A stretch of 63,923 nt of DNA, filler included, from Reclinomonas americana ATCC 50394 (taxonomy: Eukaryota): assembly GCA_048213135.1 (NCBI GenBank). It is 8 parts of 8 records of this genome, joined end to end, with 100 filler letters (N's around TTAATTAATTAA, not from the genome) between each part and the next. Parts side by side here need not be neighbours in the genome. Positions count along the whole stretch, not along the records: positions 22,613 to 27,686 come from AFZH01017880.1; positions 27,787 to 52,031 come from AFZH01017882.1; 6 more parts are not named here. One strand, written 5' to 3'. How positions within the stretch are numbered: position 1 is the first letter of the stretch; each line of letters opens with the position of its first letter. The notes beneath the pieces were generated by a model. It did no database searches. It had not been told where the DNA came from and was given only the letters and a program-made list of their open reading frames with translations. Below are positions 26,051 to 39,513 of the stretch, in pieces. The translations under genes and the position numbers were made by a program.

Positions 26051-27585
26051 TCACCTGCGAATGTGGTACTTTTTGTACAGACTCATGAAGCGCGCGACAA
26101 ATGCCTCGATGTGGAACACAGGCTTGGAACCGAGCTTCATCCGATGCTCCTGCCACCAAAAATGTGAGGGAGAAAAAGGAAGGGGGACGAAGTGGAGTGC
26201 AGCAACGCAACATAGTGGGCGGCCCACTTGAGCACCTCGTAGGCGAGGTACACGTCGATCTTGGTGAGCAGCGCCAACACGAGGGTCTTGATGATGGCCT
26301 CCGGCGGAATGCAGTTGACAATCAGCTCGTAGATCTTGCCGCGCACGTCCACAATGCTGTTGGTGCACGTTCAGTCAGTCAGAGTGATATGAAGGGAGAG
26401 AGAGAGAGAGAGAGATGCAGGTAGCAAGTGCACACCGTTTGGGACTCTGCTCCTGAATCATGCGGGCAGAGATAAAGTTGACAAACACCTCCCAGTGCGG
26501 TCTCTCCACCAGCTGCGCGTCGGAGAATGGATATCTGTGGCATTGGAGTGAGTCAGGGAAGATAACTTTGCTGGACCGCAGATGCTGAATGCAACTGTTG
26601 CACGCGGCACACTTCCAACTGCAGCAGCGCGCGTCGCAAGTTGCCGTCGGCCGACTCCGCAATGCGTTCTGCCAGTGCGGGTGGCAGCTGCAGCTTCTCC
26701 GCTCGCGCCACCTCGTGCAGCACTTGGGTGATCTGCGCAGAAGAGTGAGTGTGCACACAATGGGACGGCGATGGAGTTGTCAAGCATCACCTCGGCAGCA
26801 CCGGGAGCGGGCACTCGAATCGGCACACATCGACTGCGCAGTGGCTCCAACAACTTGGAGGTGGTCTGCGAGGTGGTTGTGTGGCAATGAGCGCACGACA
26901 AGGATAGAAAAACAACTTGTCGGGTGACACACACCGTCGCCACCAAGATCAAGCGGCACGTGCCCATGTACTTTTCCATGGTGCGACGCAGCGCCTGCTG
27001 CGCTTCGCGACTGAGGAGGTCCACATCACGCAGAACCACCACTGCGATCCAACAAGTCAGCACGAATTCGCGGTCAACACGCACACGTTGTGCACTCACC
27101 CTTGAAGACGTGCGTCGAAGCAGTCGTCACAATCGGAGCACTGCTGGCAATCTCCTTGATCATCTCGCGCACTACCAGGCGGTCGTAGATGCCCACATCG
27201 CTGCGTGCGTGACAAGAATGAGATCCACACACGCCATTGGAACTCTCTTGCATGCACAGTTAGCAAACCTCGGCTTGACCTCGATGTGGTGCGCACTCGA
27301 GAGCACCACCAGCTCCACATCAGCGCCGCTCGGTTTCTGCAGCACGGTACGTGATCAGCATACACTCAAAATGAAGGCACACAGCACACGAAGGCACCGA
27401 CCTTGAACGTCTTGGTCTCGGCGCGCAACTGTGCACCACACACCAACAATCAGTCTCTCGCATGCAAGCCACGAATTAAGCAACACAAACTCGCCCCATA
27501 CCTTGCGTGCACCAGGTCCAAACAACTCCACCAGCAGTGCACTCACACGCGTCTGTTTGCCGGCGCCCGAGGGACCAAAGAACAG
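26051..27585 (-). CDS. RFC3: Replication factor C subunit 3 (yeast Rfc5 ortholog); 5' end lost in gap
   Basis: Motifs [89 protein letters not shown]. Confidence 0.95.
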
Positions 27586-27686
27586 CTGCAAAATACGCAA
27601 CCAAGCGTGAGACAACTCAGATGCCCAACTGGATCCCTCTCCACTCGCTCTTCGTTCCTTCTCTGCTCTCTCTCTCTCTCTCTCTC

Positions 27687-27786
27687 NNNNNNNNNNNNNN
27701 NNNNNNNNNNNNNNNNNNNNNNNNNNNNNNTTAATTAATTAANNNNNNNNNNNNNNNNNNNNNNNNNNNNNNNNNNNNNNNNNNNN
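27687..27786. other. Assembly gap spacer
   Basis: N44-TTAATTAATTAA-N44. Confidence 0.98.
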
Positions 27787-29370
27787 GTGCTGACCTCGTT
27801 GACGCGCAGCAACAATTCACGTCGGCGAAACACTCGTTCGAGGTCAACGAGCGAACGCTGGATGCGCATGCGGTGTCGATCAAGTCGCAGCAGGATGCGT
27901 TGTACAGGAAAATGATCGAGAACAACAAGTTTATCATGGCGCTCGAGGCCAAGACGGCGCGTGCGGAGAAGAAGACGCGTGAGGAGGCCAAGTCGAACGA
28001 CCGACTGGAGCGCGAGGTGAAGCAGAAGGAGCGGCAGTTGGAGCGCATTCAGGAGAAGCGCGAGAAGATGTTGTCGACGATCCGTCTCTTCGAAAAGTAC
28101 AAGCACTTTATGTTTGCGTATCTGGAGCACGTGCAGGACCAGTCGGGTGGCGACTCGGCCGGTGGTGGCAGTTGCGTCATTCAACCCAGTTGTCGTTGCT
28201 GTTATTCTCGTCGGAGTCCTCATCCTTCGAGTGTCACAGCCGATGGCGCGGTGAGCGCCACCCCGGAGGCCATTATCGCGCGCTACCACATGCTGATGAA
28301 GCAGTTTTCGGATCTGCACGAGCGGCGTGCGGTGCTGGAGACGCGCTTGGAGGCCGCCCGGCGTCTCCTGCAGGAGGAGTCGGTGTCGCTGGTGGTGCGA
28401 CAGGCGAAGAAATCGCACGAGTGCAGCGAGTTGCAGCTGGAGCTGGAGCAGGTGGAGTCGCGGCAGGAGCTGGAGTCGCGTGGTGCACGGCGACGACGTC
28501 TGCGTGATCATTCGAACGCGGGGAACATTTATCGACTGCGCGGTGCCATCAACAACCTCTACGCTCTGTGCCTCACGCAGTCGGTGCAAATGCAGCGGCA
28601 GGCGCAGCGTGCACCACCACGCACGCTGGCCGATCGTGTGCAGATGATGGGCCGTTTCTTCATCGACCTGCAGGATATCGTGGAGGAGTACAAGCACCAG
28701 ATGACACTTCCAGTGGACCCACCGGCCTCGGGTGGCCCGGTGCGTGACGAGATGCTGCGTCATTGCCAGCCGCTGGGTGATATTCGCGAGATGGACCTGC
28801 GAGTGATGGAGGAGAAGGCCAAGCAGGAGGAACAACACCAGCAGAGGCGACGAGCGCTGGCGGCGGCGCGCAAGGGTGGTGCCAGTGCAGCGGCTGCGGC
28901 AGCAGCAGCAGCAGCAGCAGCCGCTGCCGGTGGGTCGAGTCACTCGCCGTCACCTGTGGCCGGCTCCAGTGCAAGCGGTGGCGTGCAGTTCTCGAGTTCC
29001 GCACAGGCCGCCATCCGGGCGCATCTGAGCACGGGTCCACTGTCGCACATGGTGCAGGCGGCGCGCAACTCATCGAACCACTCCTCGGCGCCCTCGTCAC
29101 GCCCGCACTCCAATGCCGGCGGCGATCACTTGGACGTGACGGCCGTAGAATACGGGTTGGCGCGTGGCAAGGCCGAAGTCAGGGCCAACTATGATCCGCC
29201 GACCTTTGTGCTGGTCAGTAGCGCCAGTGCAAGCCGGGTACGTCTTTGCTCTTGCGTCCTTGTTTGTGGAGTGCTTGCTACTGACCAAACTGTGTGTGCA
29301 GTCGCCATCGCCCGATCCCGAACCGGCCAACTTGCGCGGCCGCGCTCGACCAGGCACCGTCAAAGTGTAG
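27787..29370 (+). CDS. Coiled-coil DUF4200 protein, CCDC42/CFAP73-like; 5' end lost in gap
   Basis: Motifs NKFIMALEAKTARAEKKTREE, FEKYKHFMFAYLEH, PEAIIARYHMLMKQFSDL, LRGAINNLYALC, QMMGRFFIDLQDIV. In-frame 69-nt GTTGCG intron at 28171-28239; last exon ends at TAG 29370. Confidence 0.7.
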
Positions 29371-29765
29371 TAACAGGGGGCCAGCGACAGCGATGTACCA
29401 AAGAAAAATGTAACAACCCACAGAGCTAAGAGGAACCTCGATTCTCTTTCACACCGACGTGGAATCTTTTCCGGTGTGCATCGCATCGCGTGTTCGGATT
29501 TCAGTCGCATCACTTCATTTTCTTCTCCTTCGTTTTGCACGCGCACACCGACAGGCGACAGGGTGAGAGGTGAGCAATCCACATACCTTCCTCACTCACA
29601 AGACACCGACGCACGTGTGTCCCGGCTGCTTCCCATCGATTGTCGTTCTGTCGCGAGAAGAGAGAGAGAGAGAGTGCGAGATAGATACCCGCATCGCCCC
29701 TCATCCTCTGCTTCTGCTCAGCTCTCACCCTTGCCCCCCTTCTTTCTCTCCACCTAGTCATCATC

Positions 29766-31525
29766 ATGTGGTCCACAAGAGTATCCAGTGCATCGTCACT
29801 GCTGCGTCGATCGACTGTCGCCGCCCGCATGTCATCGCTGTCACAACCGGGGCCGCGTGTGGCCAACGATGTGGTTGTGTTGGACTACGAGGACCTGCGT
29901 AGTGGCAAGGACCTCACACAGGAGGTGTTTCGCGCGTACGGAAGCGATGGACTCGGCGCGCTGGTGATTGGCAACATTCCCGGGTACGTGTGCCAGAGGG
30001 CGGTGAGCTCGAGTGAGAGATCTCATGTGGTGTGTGGTTGACGTTGCAGATTTGCGGAGCAGCGTCGCAAGTTGATTCCCATGAGCCACCAAGTGGCGCA
30101 CTTGCCGGATCATGCAAAGCGGCAGCTGGAGCACGAGGAGTCCATGTGGAACGTCGGCTGGAGTCACGGCAAGGAGAAGGTATTCGTGTGATATATGAGA
30201 GAAGAGAGGAGGTGTGGGCGTCTGCGAGTGACTGATCTGTTGCGCAGTTTGGTGACGAGCCCGATTTTGCCAAGGGCTCGTACTACGGCAATCCGCTGTA
30301 CGACAACGCTGGCACTCCCGAGATGCGTCTCAAGTACCCCTTCTTCTACCCGTCCAACATCTGGCCCTCGAAGGATTTGCCGCAGCTGGAGCCAGCCTTC
30401 AAGGTGCGCGCGTCGATATTTTCTGAGTTCGTCTGTGTATTTGATCGCTCACTGGAGGAGGGTTCACCAGCAACTCGGACGCACCATGTTCGAGACGGTG
30501 ACGTTGCTATGCAAACAAGTGGATGCACTCACCTCGCAGCGGGTGTCGACGTACCAGAAGGGTTTGTTGTACTCGCAGATTTCCAAGACGCAAAAGGTGT
30601 GGTGCGCACTTGACTGATGTCGCAATCGTTCTACCACTCACCTGCGCCTCAGGTCAAGGGTCGCCTGCTCTACTACTATCCCACCGACAAGACCAACACC
30701 GAGGATGCATGGATCGGCTGGCACAATGATTCCGGCTTCCTCACGGCACTCTGCGGCGACATGTACTTCAACGACACCACCGGCGAGGTCAGTGACTGGC
30801 ACCGCGCATTTTCTTCTGTTTTGATTCTGCGCTGACAAGACAGCGAGAATGCAGCGCATTGAGAACCCGGATCCATTTGGCGGTTTGTGGATCACCAAGC
30901 GCACCGGCGGTGCCGTCAAGGTCAACATTCCCGAGGATCACCTGGCCGTGCAATGCGGAGAGTGCCTGCAGATTGTGACTGGCGGCCTGCTGGTGGCCAC
31001 CCCACACGCCGTGCGTGCGAGTCGCGCCCCACCCGGCCTGCGCGTTGGTCGTGGCACGGTGTGTGAGGCGTTGGAGAGTCTTTCATGATGATTGTTGTTG
31101 CTCACCTGCATGTTTTTCCGTGCCAGTTCCCGGTGTTCATTGACACGGAGATTGACTTTAGGCTGTCGGCTCCGTCGGGCGTGTCGCGTGAGCAGGTGTG
31201 TCTGGGCACCATGCCTGTGCTGTGTGCGGTTTCTTCTGTTACTCATCGCATTCGTTCCCTGCCCAGGTCTTTGATCGCACAATTCAGTCTCGTGTGCCGC
31301 CACTGGAATCGCGCTGGACGAAGGACGGTGTCATCTTTGCCGAGTTGCGTCGGCAGTGTCTCTAGCAACCGCGCTCCTGTTGCTTACACCATTTTGCTTT
31401 CATTGCTCAGCTTCCTTGGCGACACATTCCGCCAGTGCGTCAGTGTTGTTGTGTGATGAGATGACTATGAGGTGTGCTGACTGTTCGTGTGGCACAGGTA
31501 CTACGAGTGGGCCAAGCGCTCGTGA
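29766..31525 (+). CDS. 2-oxoglutarate/Fe(II)-dependent dioxygenase (IPNS/DIOX-like) with probable mitochondrial presequence
   Basis: Arg/Ser-rich N-terminus; motifs AYGSDGLGALVIGNIPG, VGWSHGKEK, KGSYYGNP, KGRLLYYYP, IGWHNDSGFLT (HxD), QCGECLQIVTGGLLVATPHAV. Confidence 0.9.
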
Positions 31526-31683
31526 ACGACATAATAAGCGACGCAAGCCGTGTGATGGCCCCCGCGCAACCCACCCGCCCCTCTCGCCCCTCAATTCAGC
31601 AAGCGAGAGAGTACTCATGCACAACCCGATAAGTTTATATGAAGAAACACAAACAATTAACAGCAAACATCTCACACGACGCG

Positions 31684-33871
31684 TTACATGCCCTGCGTGG
31701 ACCAGATCTTGCGCAGCTTGCGCTCCTTAATCTTGACGTTGTTTCGTCGGCCCGCCTGATGGCGTATTCTCTTTTGTGTGTCGCGGCTGAGAGCAGCACG
31801 AACCCGGTGCTTCACAGTCTCCGAATCCACCGCACTGGCACCGACTCCCTCCTCGTCATCACTCTCCTCCTCGTCACCAGCACTGTCACTGCCCTCTTCT
31901 CCATCCTTGTCAGCCACAACCGTGGTGGACGACGAGCCTGCATCTGCGGCGTGCGAGCGTGAGTGAACACTGGGAGTAAGACGACACTGCCAAGAAGCAC
32001 TCCGCACAAACCAGCGCTGACAGCCACCATTGCCTTCTCTTCCTCCACCGTATCCTCCTCCTCGGAAGAACTGTCTTCCTCAGTGCCGGACGCAGAATCG
32101 CTGACCTCCTCGCCGTCATCACCACCGCGTGATGCCAGCAACTTCTGCAGCCGCTTCTCGTCCTTGGTGGTGAAGCCTGACGCAGCCACCTCCTCGTCCA
32201 GCGTGTGCGACGACACAATGTCTTCGAGGCGTGGCCAGTAATCCAAATGCACGTTGAACCGCCGTGCAAAGAACGTGTGCAAACACTGCACATCACGCTC
32301 GAAATACCTAAACGAGTGCTGTAAGCGCAACAGCAGTGAAAGAGTCCTGAACAGGAAAAAGGCAACGCAACTCGGCCGCATTGAAGTGATGAGTGGAGAC
32401 CATTTGCGGAAAATCAATCACCACAATCCGTCGCTTGATGTCGGCCGGCAAGTGCTGCGCGCGGCGGTTGTGACGGAATTCGGCGGCCTCCGCGAGAGGG
32501 TTCTCCGAATCCGCGTCTGCCTCCCCTTCGTCGCTTCCACTTTCACTGGAATCCTCTGCCCCTGCGGCTGCGGCTGCTCCTGCTGCTGCCGTGGCGATAA
32601 CATGCGCATCACCAGCGTCGTCTCCCTCCTCGCAACTGTCATCATCATCATCATCATCATCGTCGTCGTCGTCCTCTTCCGCATCAACAGTGCCCGCTGG
32701 TCTCCTCGACACCTCCTCCGCGCCCACGACCCCGTCATCATCACCATCGCCCTCCTCTTCATCCTCTTCGTCGCCGGCCTTGTACTCGAGCATCAGGTTG
32801 AACTCGTTGAAATCGCAGTGAATGAGACCGTGCTCCGCCAGATGCACGATGCTGTCCAGCGACTCGCGGAACAACTCCAACGCAATGGAGGGCTTGACTG
32901 CCTTCATGTTGGCCCTGGGGAAAAGAAGGGACGCTGTCAACACGAGGGAGCGCGTCAACATTCTCATCCAAGAGAAACAACGCAACAGAGTGGTGCCAGG
33001 CACCAGATCCATGACCAAGCAGTGGCGATTGTAATCCACCGGTTCGGGCACCGGGAAGCCCTCCTTGTGCAGCGCAGCCATGAACGCGTGCTCCTTCTGC
33101 GCCGACAGACGCGACATGTAGAGCCACGAGGCACTCTTGCGTTTCCCGAGATAATCACGCTTCTTCTTCACGGCACGGAACGAGGTGCGACCGAGTCGGT
33201 GCAGCTTGAGCACACGATCGTTGCCTTCCGCATCCACCACACGGTACACGTCTGCAAAGCATGTGAGCACACGCACACACACTCTCAAAGGTATCACACA
33301 CCAGCCTCCTTGCCGACGCCAATCTGACTGCCGACAGCTGCCACAGTGCCGCGCTCCATGAACACGCGCAGCGCCAGGAAGTCGTATCCCAAGTACGTCA
33401 GGCAGTACCCATCGTCTGCACACACACACACACACACACGAGTCAGCGTTGTCACAGACAGACAGAGAGAGCGAGATTCTCACAGGCACGCAACAGTGCT
33501 TGCCATCGTGATGAATCAACTTGTGCTTCAGCAGATTGGTGATTGTGTGGAACGTGCCGCCACGCTTCAGTCGCGCAATCTGCTCAATCTGCGACGGGGT
33601 GCGCGCGCGTGTGTGTGTGAGAGGAAGGCGGTGTGAATGTGCACATGGCCAAAAGCAGGCCCACCACCACAACCACACACACGCGCGCTTACCAGTTGCA
33701 CAGGCACAAGCTCGTGGTTCTTCATGCCCACCTCCACCGCCGTGAGGACACGGAAATCCTCCTTCTGTGGAACATACAAACAGACAGTTATATATGAGCA
33801 AGGCCACCAGCGCAGGCACGTAGACGGGGACGCACCGACAAGTAGCGCAGTTGCGTCGCGTCGAGCTTCAT
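31684..33871 (-). CDS. RIOK2: RIO2 atypical kinase (pre-40S maturation)
   Basis: Motifs [97 protein letters not shown]. Confidence 0.96.
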
Positions 33872-33954
33872 GTTGTGAGTGAGTGAGCGAGTGTGTGGAC
33901 AGTCGTGTGTCGCGAGCAATATCCATCACACGCGATCGACGAGAGAAGACGACG

Positions 33955-36680
33955 AGTTGCGTTCCTTCCAAGTGTGTACCTCTCTGATCACACACGCCTA
34001 ACATGCACACACAGTGGCACATCGTCTGCCAGAGGACGTGCACGAGGCACGTCGGCAAGCGATTGCCGCAGCTGCCTCGTCCCCGACTTCTTCTTCAGCA
34101 ACTTCGCCAGTGTCGTCACCACTGGCCAGTCACGACAGAAGGCGACTGCGTGACAATGAAGTGCGCGTGGAGCCGAGTGGGAAGAACGAGGTGTCGTTGG
34201 ACAATGACGGTGATCGTGATGATGATGATGATGAAGGATGTGATGAGGCTGTGCGTGGGAAGACGCACTGGGCGGCTGTGTGGGCGTTTTTGATTGGTGT
34301 GCTCATGACGCAAGTTGCGTGCCGTGGCGCGGTGATCGTCTGTGGCGATGAAACGTGAAAGTGATTGCGCATTGGCGGTAGATCTGGAACAATGCGAATC
34401 AAGTCGTGCAGCCGCTGATTGTGTTAAAGGATACTGATGATGTGCGTGGCCTTTGTTTCTGTCGTTCCTGTGTTGTTGTCGTCGTGTTAATCCATCGTCG
34501 TGTTGGGCAGCCGTCGATCGTGGCATTCATGTTGGTGAGTTGTCTCTCCAGTCAAGATTGTGGTGAGTGTACATGTGCGATGATGTGAACGAATGCTTGC
34601 GCTTGCAGATGGCGTACGGTGTCTGCAACGCGTTCGGGAGCATGTTTGGCGGCTTTGTATATCCCTTTTTCTCGCCTCGCGTGCTTCTCGTGCTCTTCTG
34701 TCTCGCCCGGTGAGTGCTCGCATCGACGAGGAGGAGAGTGCAACGATTGAAAACGTGCTTAACCCACGCACCGCATGCACAGATCGTCGTGTCAGGTCAC
34801 TGTCGCCGTCTGTTGCGTCACGTGCTTCGTGGTATCCTTGTCTCTCTCTTTCGCGTGCTGATACCCCTTCGTTTCGCCTCTCGCTCAGTGTACTTGCTGC
34901 ACAAGGGACCGCCGTGGGTCGCGCTCACCGTGTACGCCGTCGACTCGTTCCTCATCGGTTCGTACCGCTGTACGAGGTGACGGAAGCAGTGTGTGATAAG
35001 CCGCTCATTTCGAAGAAAACAGGTTGTTTGGACACGGTGCGCACCTCGTTTCCACGATCGGCGTACGGCTCCGACAAGAAGGCGTTGAACAAGTTGAATG
35101 CGGACTATCAACTGGCGTTTGACTTGGGAACCACCATTGGTGCTGCATTTCTCCATTTGAATCGACTCGATTGCCTGCTGTACTGACTCCCATGTGCAGG
35201 CCCGCTGGCGTGTGGTCTCGTGATGACGTACACCACCGACTTGTATGTGGCCAGTTTTCTGCCGCCCGCCGGCTTTGTCGTCAGTGCACTGCTCTTTTGG
35301 TCAGTCGCTGTCCCATGATCGTGTTTAATGGTAACAATCCCACCCACAACAATGTGCCTCCCACGCAGCTTTGTGCCACCGATCCAGAGCGACGCCGCAG
35401 TGGCACGGAAGAAGAGCAAGAAGACATTGACCACGGGCGATATTATTCGCAAGCAGTCGCCATGGTCGTCCTGTCGCTACCTGTGTGGCAATCTGAAGAT
35501 GACTGTGGCCTTTGTCGCTTTCCTCATGCTGCAAGGTGCGGTGATGGTGGGAGCCTCGGGCTCGGTGCTCACTGCTGATCGCTCCACGTGCAGTGTACCG
35601 GCTGAAGAGTGTGTACTCGGCGCTCTTTGCGACTCAAGTGCTGCACGACAAGACGTACACAGCGTGGATGGTACTTGGTCGCTGCGATGGCTCTATGTAC
35701 ACTCTTTTCCATTTGTGCGTGGTTGTTCACTGCTTGGTGTGTGCCCAGATGTGTGCGTTTGGAGTCGGCGGCACACTCGGCTCGCTCATCTATCGATTGT
35801 GCGAAAAGTGCGGCAAGATCTCGTCTGTGCGATTCATGCTGCTGGGCGCCACCAGTCTCGCCGTGTTCTCGTTGATCTGGATTCCGGAGCTGTACTTTGG
35901 CAAGTGGCCACTGATGGCGCGCTTCGTTATCACGGAGGCCGCCATTGTGTTCATGCTGATCGGCAGCGTCGGCGCGCGTTTGGCTGTCAATGTTATTTTG
36001 CAGCACGAGATCAAACGTTGCGTGCACGCTGTGAAGAAGGATACCATAATGACTGCAGGGCTGACGATACAAATGCACGATACACAGGATCGCGAAACGG
36101 CGGAGTTATGGCATTGGTTGGTGCAGTATTGCCGGTCTCCCGATCAAGTGTCGTCGTCACTCGCTCACTCACTCACTCACATGCACATGCAACCGTAGCG
36201 TGGCTTCTTTGTCAAGGTGGTGGCGTCGGCGATGCGCGGTGTACTCGGTGTCGCCTTCAAATCGACGCACAACAACGGCATCCTGTCGTTCATCGTCTTC
36301 TCCTTCATGACCATGGCCTTTGCGCTCACTCAGGTGCGTGCGGCACACCCGCCGCCATCTCTCCTCCTGTCGCATCATGTACTGATTCGTCGCATCATTC
36401 GCAGTTCGTATTCTCGTGCATCCTCCGATGCGTCCACGCCGACGACGACGACACCAAGGAAGAAGAACAGCTCCTGCTGCCGTCGTCGCCGTCCTCGGGC
36501 GAGAGCGTGACAGTGGGTCGGCGAACGCCCACTGGCGAGGTCCAGAAGATCTTTGCCTGGAAAGACGAGCCAGACGACGACGACGGAGACGACGCCAAGG
36601 TGTGTTGCTCGGAACCGCTTTCCTATTCCATGCGTGCATATTAGGTGCTTGGCGGCCAGTTACGGTACTCACTGTGTTAG
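33955..36680 (+). CDS. Major facilitator superfamily-like multipass transporter (paralog A)
   Basis: Start A|TG split by intron 33956-34014. Many hydrophobic exons; LDTVRTSFPRSAYGSDKKALNKLNADYQLAFDLGTTIGP; highly similar to the gene at 47752. Confidence 0.75.
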
Positions 36681-36873
36681 TTGTCCGCGGGAATTGCATG
36701 TCTGCAGTCTCCGAACGGGGGGAAGCGCGCCGCCAGTGGCCACCGTCCACAATCGGTCCCCGCACTAGAGCGATTATATGCACAAAAAGTACAGACCGAC
36801 TCTTGATAGGTTGATCGAAAAAAAAATCCGTTTTCAATATGTCGGTCGCTTTGTGTTGTTGGATGGGTTGAGA

Positions 36874-38392
36874 ATGGGATGTGCGGCTTCCACGCGGAAC
36901 ACGGTGGCGACCGCGGCCGTGCCACCCACCAACAAGCACGTGACACGCATCACAGCTGCCTCCTCACGCACCACCACCATCACCTCCTCCACCTCCTCGT
37001 CGGCCTCCACCATTAGAACAGGGCACACGGGAGCCTCGTCGCCCTCCGCCTCGGCCTCAGCACGCACCACAACGGCCTTTCCCACAGCACTACCACTCAA
37101 CGGCGCACCACACTCACACGAACAACAGCAGCAACAACAACAGCAACAACAACAACACAACGGCGACACTCATCAACCGCTCAATCATCGTGCCTCTGCC
37201 TATCAGCAGCCTCGTCGCGGTGACTACTCTCACACTGCTGTGCATTCGAGAAAGAGACAACAAGAACACGTCTGACACACGCACGCGCGCGCGCGCACAC
37301 AGATGAAGAGGACGAGGGTGATGAGTTTATGCCACAGACGACACTGGCCAACACTGTGGCCTCGCTGATTGTGGGCGACAGTGCGGTGCCGACGACGGTG
37401 GCCACGGTGGCGATTGAGGCGCCACTGACAACGAATCGCACAGTGTTGCAGCAGCCGGCGACGGGCGAGATGAGGGAGAGACCGGCGGATCCCACAGAGG
37501 CGCACGCGTGGTTGAACAGGCACGTTGTGTGTGTGAGAGAGAGAGGGAAGGGGCGAGGGAGGCGCAAGCTGACTGTGTGTGCTTGTGTGTGTGTGTGTGT
37601 GAGCAGCACCAAGAATCCAATGGCGCTTCGATTGGGTTGCGTTGCTTTGTGGTTTCTCTCTCTTCGCGTTGTCCTTGCCGCTCATGCGCTCCCCCCCCTT
37701 TGCTGTGTAGCGCAATGGACACGCACAGCGTACTTTAGCAACGACGCGCTCTCGTTTGAGTATCCAGCAGATGTTGCGCGCGGCGATTTGTGGTGTTATT
37801 CTTCTTCTTCTCCATTGGTGTTGACGCACTTTTTTGCAGTGGGAGTGTGGGATGGACGCGGGTGGAGACACGGTGCTGGTGCAGGTTGCGTTTGGGCCGA
37901 GTTTGCGCGTGAGCCCCGACATATTCCCTGCGGAGAAGGCGCTCAGCACCGACGAGTATGCCGATGTTCGTGTGTTTTTCCCATTCCGACGTGCCCCCTC
38001 CAAATGCGTCTGACGACTTTCTCTCCCCCAATAACAGCTGGTGAACTCGCAAGTGCATTCGGCGATACCACACGAGACCGTGCTCTCCGATGAACTCGTG
38101 GAGATTGGCGATGAGGTGTGGAGGAAAGTTATCAGACAATACTGGCAACGAAACTCGGTGGACGGCACGACGGTGCGTGGCGGGCGTGCTCTCTCCTCTC
38201 CATTCCACTCCTCTGCTCACCACCAGCACGTAGATCCCACTCGAAGTGCGTCAATGCACATATTTCCGCACCGAGATCATCGACGACTACTGTGTGGCGT
38301 ACGCCCACACGTATACATGCGGGCCGCAGCTCTGGGAGCTGTACTCGCCAATCTTTGAAAAGATCCTCAGAAGCGTAGTGTACAGAAAGTAA
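36874..38392 (+). CDS. N-acylated protein with C-terminal PsbP/Mog1-like domain (paralog 1)
   Basis: MGCAAS start, long low-complexity linker, then NSTKNPMALRLAQW..FSNDALSFEYPADW and CVAYAHTYTCGPQLWELYSPIFEKILRSV; TAA at 38390-38392. Confidence 0.65.
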
Positions 38393-38426
38393 TCTCTCTT
38401 GTTGTTAACAATGACCTACTGTACAT

Positions 38427-39513
38427 TCATGTGACTCCGTAGGCGGCAGAGCGCGGCACGGGCACGGATACTCCCGCTCCCACGCCAACTCCTGCTGCCG
38501 CTGCCGCTGCTTCCTCTTGCTCCTTTTCCTGCTGTCGCTGCTGTAATCTGTGCAAGCGCATCGCCGTGTACATGGACAGGGCGCCGGCCATGAACATGGA
38601 GAACTGGTCGGCGGCGACGCGACCCGTACGGCTCGGATCGAGCACCGCCAGCCACTGCGGCAGCAGCTCGTCGAATGGCTGCGGCGCTGCAATGTCTGCT
38701 CCTCCCCGCGTGAGTTCCCAGAAACTAGAGTCGATGGGGGGGAAAGACACGCACCCTTGGCAACCAGCTCGAGCAGCGGACGCATCTCCTCCACCGTCGC
38801 CACCAGATCGCGGTCCGTGTCGACGAGCGACAGCGTGCGACGAACAAACTCCATAAACTGTGCGCCGCCGACGAACTCCTCCAGCTCTTGCGCGGAGGCT
38901 AGCCGCGGCCACTTGACTGTACGAGTGTGTGAGAGGCAAAGAAAAATGTGCATCTTAATACAGCCGCCGCAAGACTGACCTCGAAACCGCCGTGGTTTCC
39001 CGTCGCCACTGCTGACCTCGGACGCCAGGCTGTCAAACGTGCTCACCATGTACTCTGTGCTGCTATGCTGCACCGCCGACAGACGACTCCCATCGCCACT
39101 GCTCGCCCGCACCATCTCCGACGCCACCCGCTGACTCCCCGTCATTGCCGGCGGCGGTGCCAGTGCATGAGGCACACCAGCACCACCACTCGCCGTCCCC
39201 GAGCGCCTCGGCTGCACCGCACGCGACTGCGGCTCCTTTAGCCACGTCGTCGACGAGGCCAGACCGGATACTTGGCCGCCCTCCTCAATGTCCGGCCGGC
39301 GGCGACCCACTGCGCTAGACAATGTGCCGTTTCCCGATGTGCGCAGTGGCGACACTGCCACACGTCGCGCAGAGCCGAGTCGCGAGGTTTGCTGCCGTGC
39401 GCAACAACTCCTGCACACACATTGAGCGATAAGACAGGCACACACACACACACGCAGAGGGGGGAGACATGGACGCCCACACACACACGCACACGCACAC
39501 ACACGAACCCCAT
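38427..39513 (-). CDS. N-acylated protein with a degenerate EF-hand pair
   Basis: ATG GG|gttcgt...gcag|G gives MGSCCARQ; EF-like loops DTDRDLVATVEE and DPSRTGRVAADQF. Confidence 0.65.

Noticed and set aside
23320..27585. MCMBP-RFC3 adjacency (plus RADX-like) as a replication gene cluster
   Set aside because: The genes are convergent, share no promoter and have unrelated neighbours; chance is sufficient without synteny data.
27735..28943. Long antisense ORFs (e.g. 402 aa here, 517 aa at 46888-48441, 357 aa at 32254-33327)
   Set aside because: These are shadow frames of GC-rich coding sequence on the opposite strand, with no motifs of their own.
23551..33494. Alternative reading of GTTGCG sites as G|TTGCG (TT-starting introns)
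   Set aside because: Shifting the junction would create a TAG stop in MCMBP (23919-23921) and change the conserved Tyr of RIO2 YDGY to Cys; GT-AG boundaries fit.
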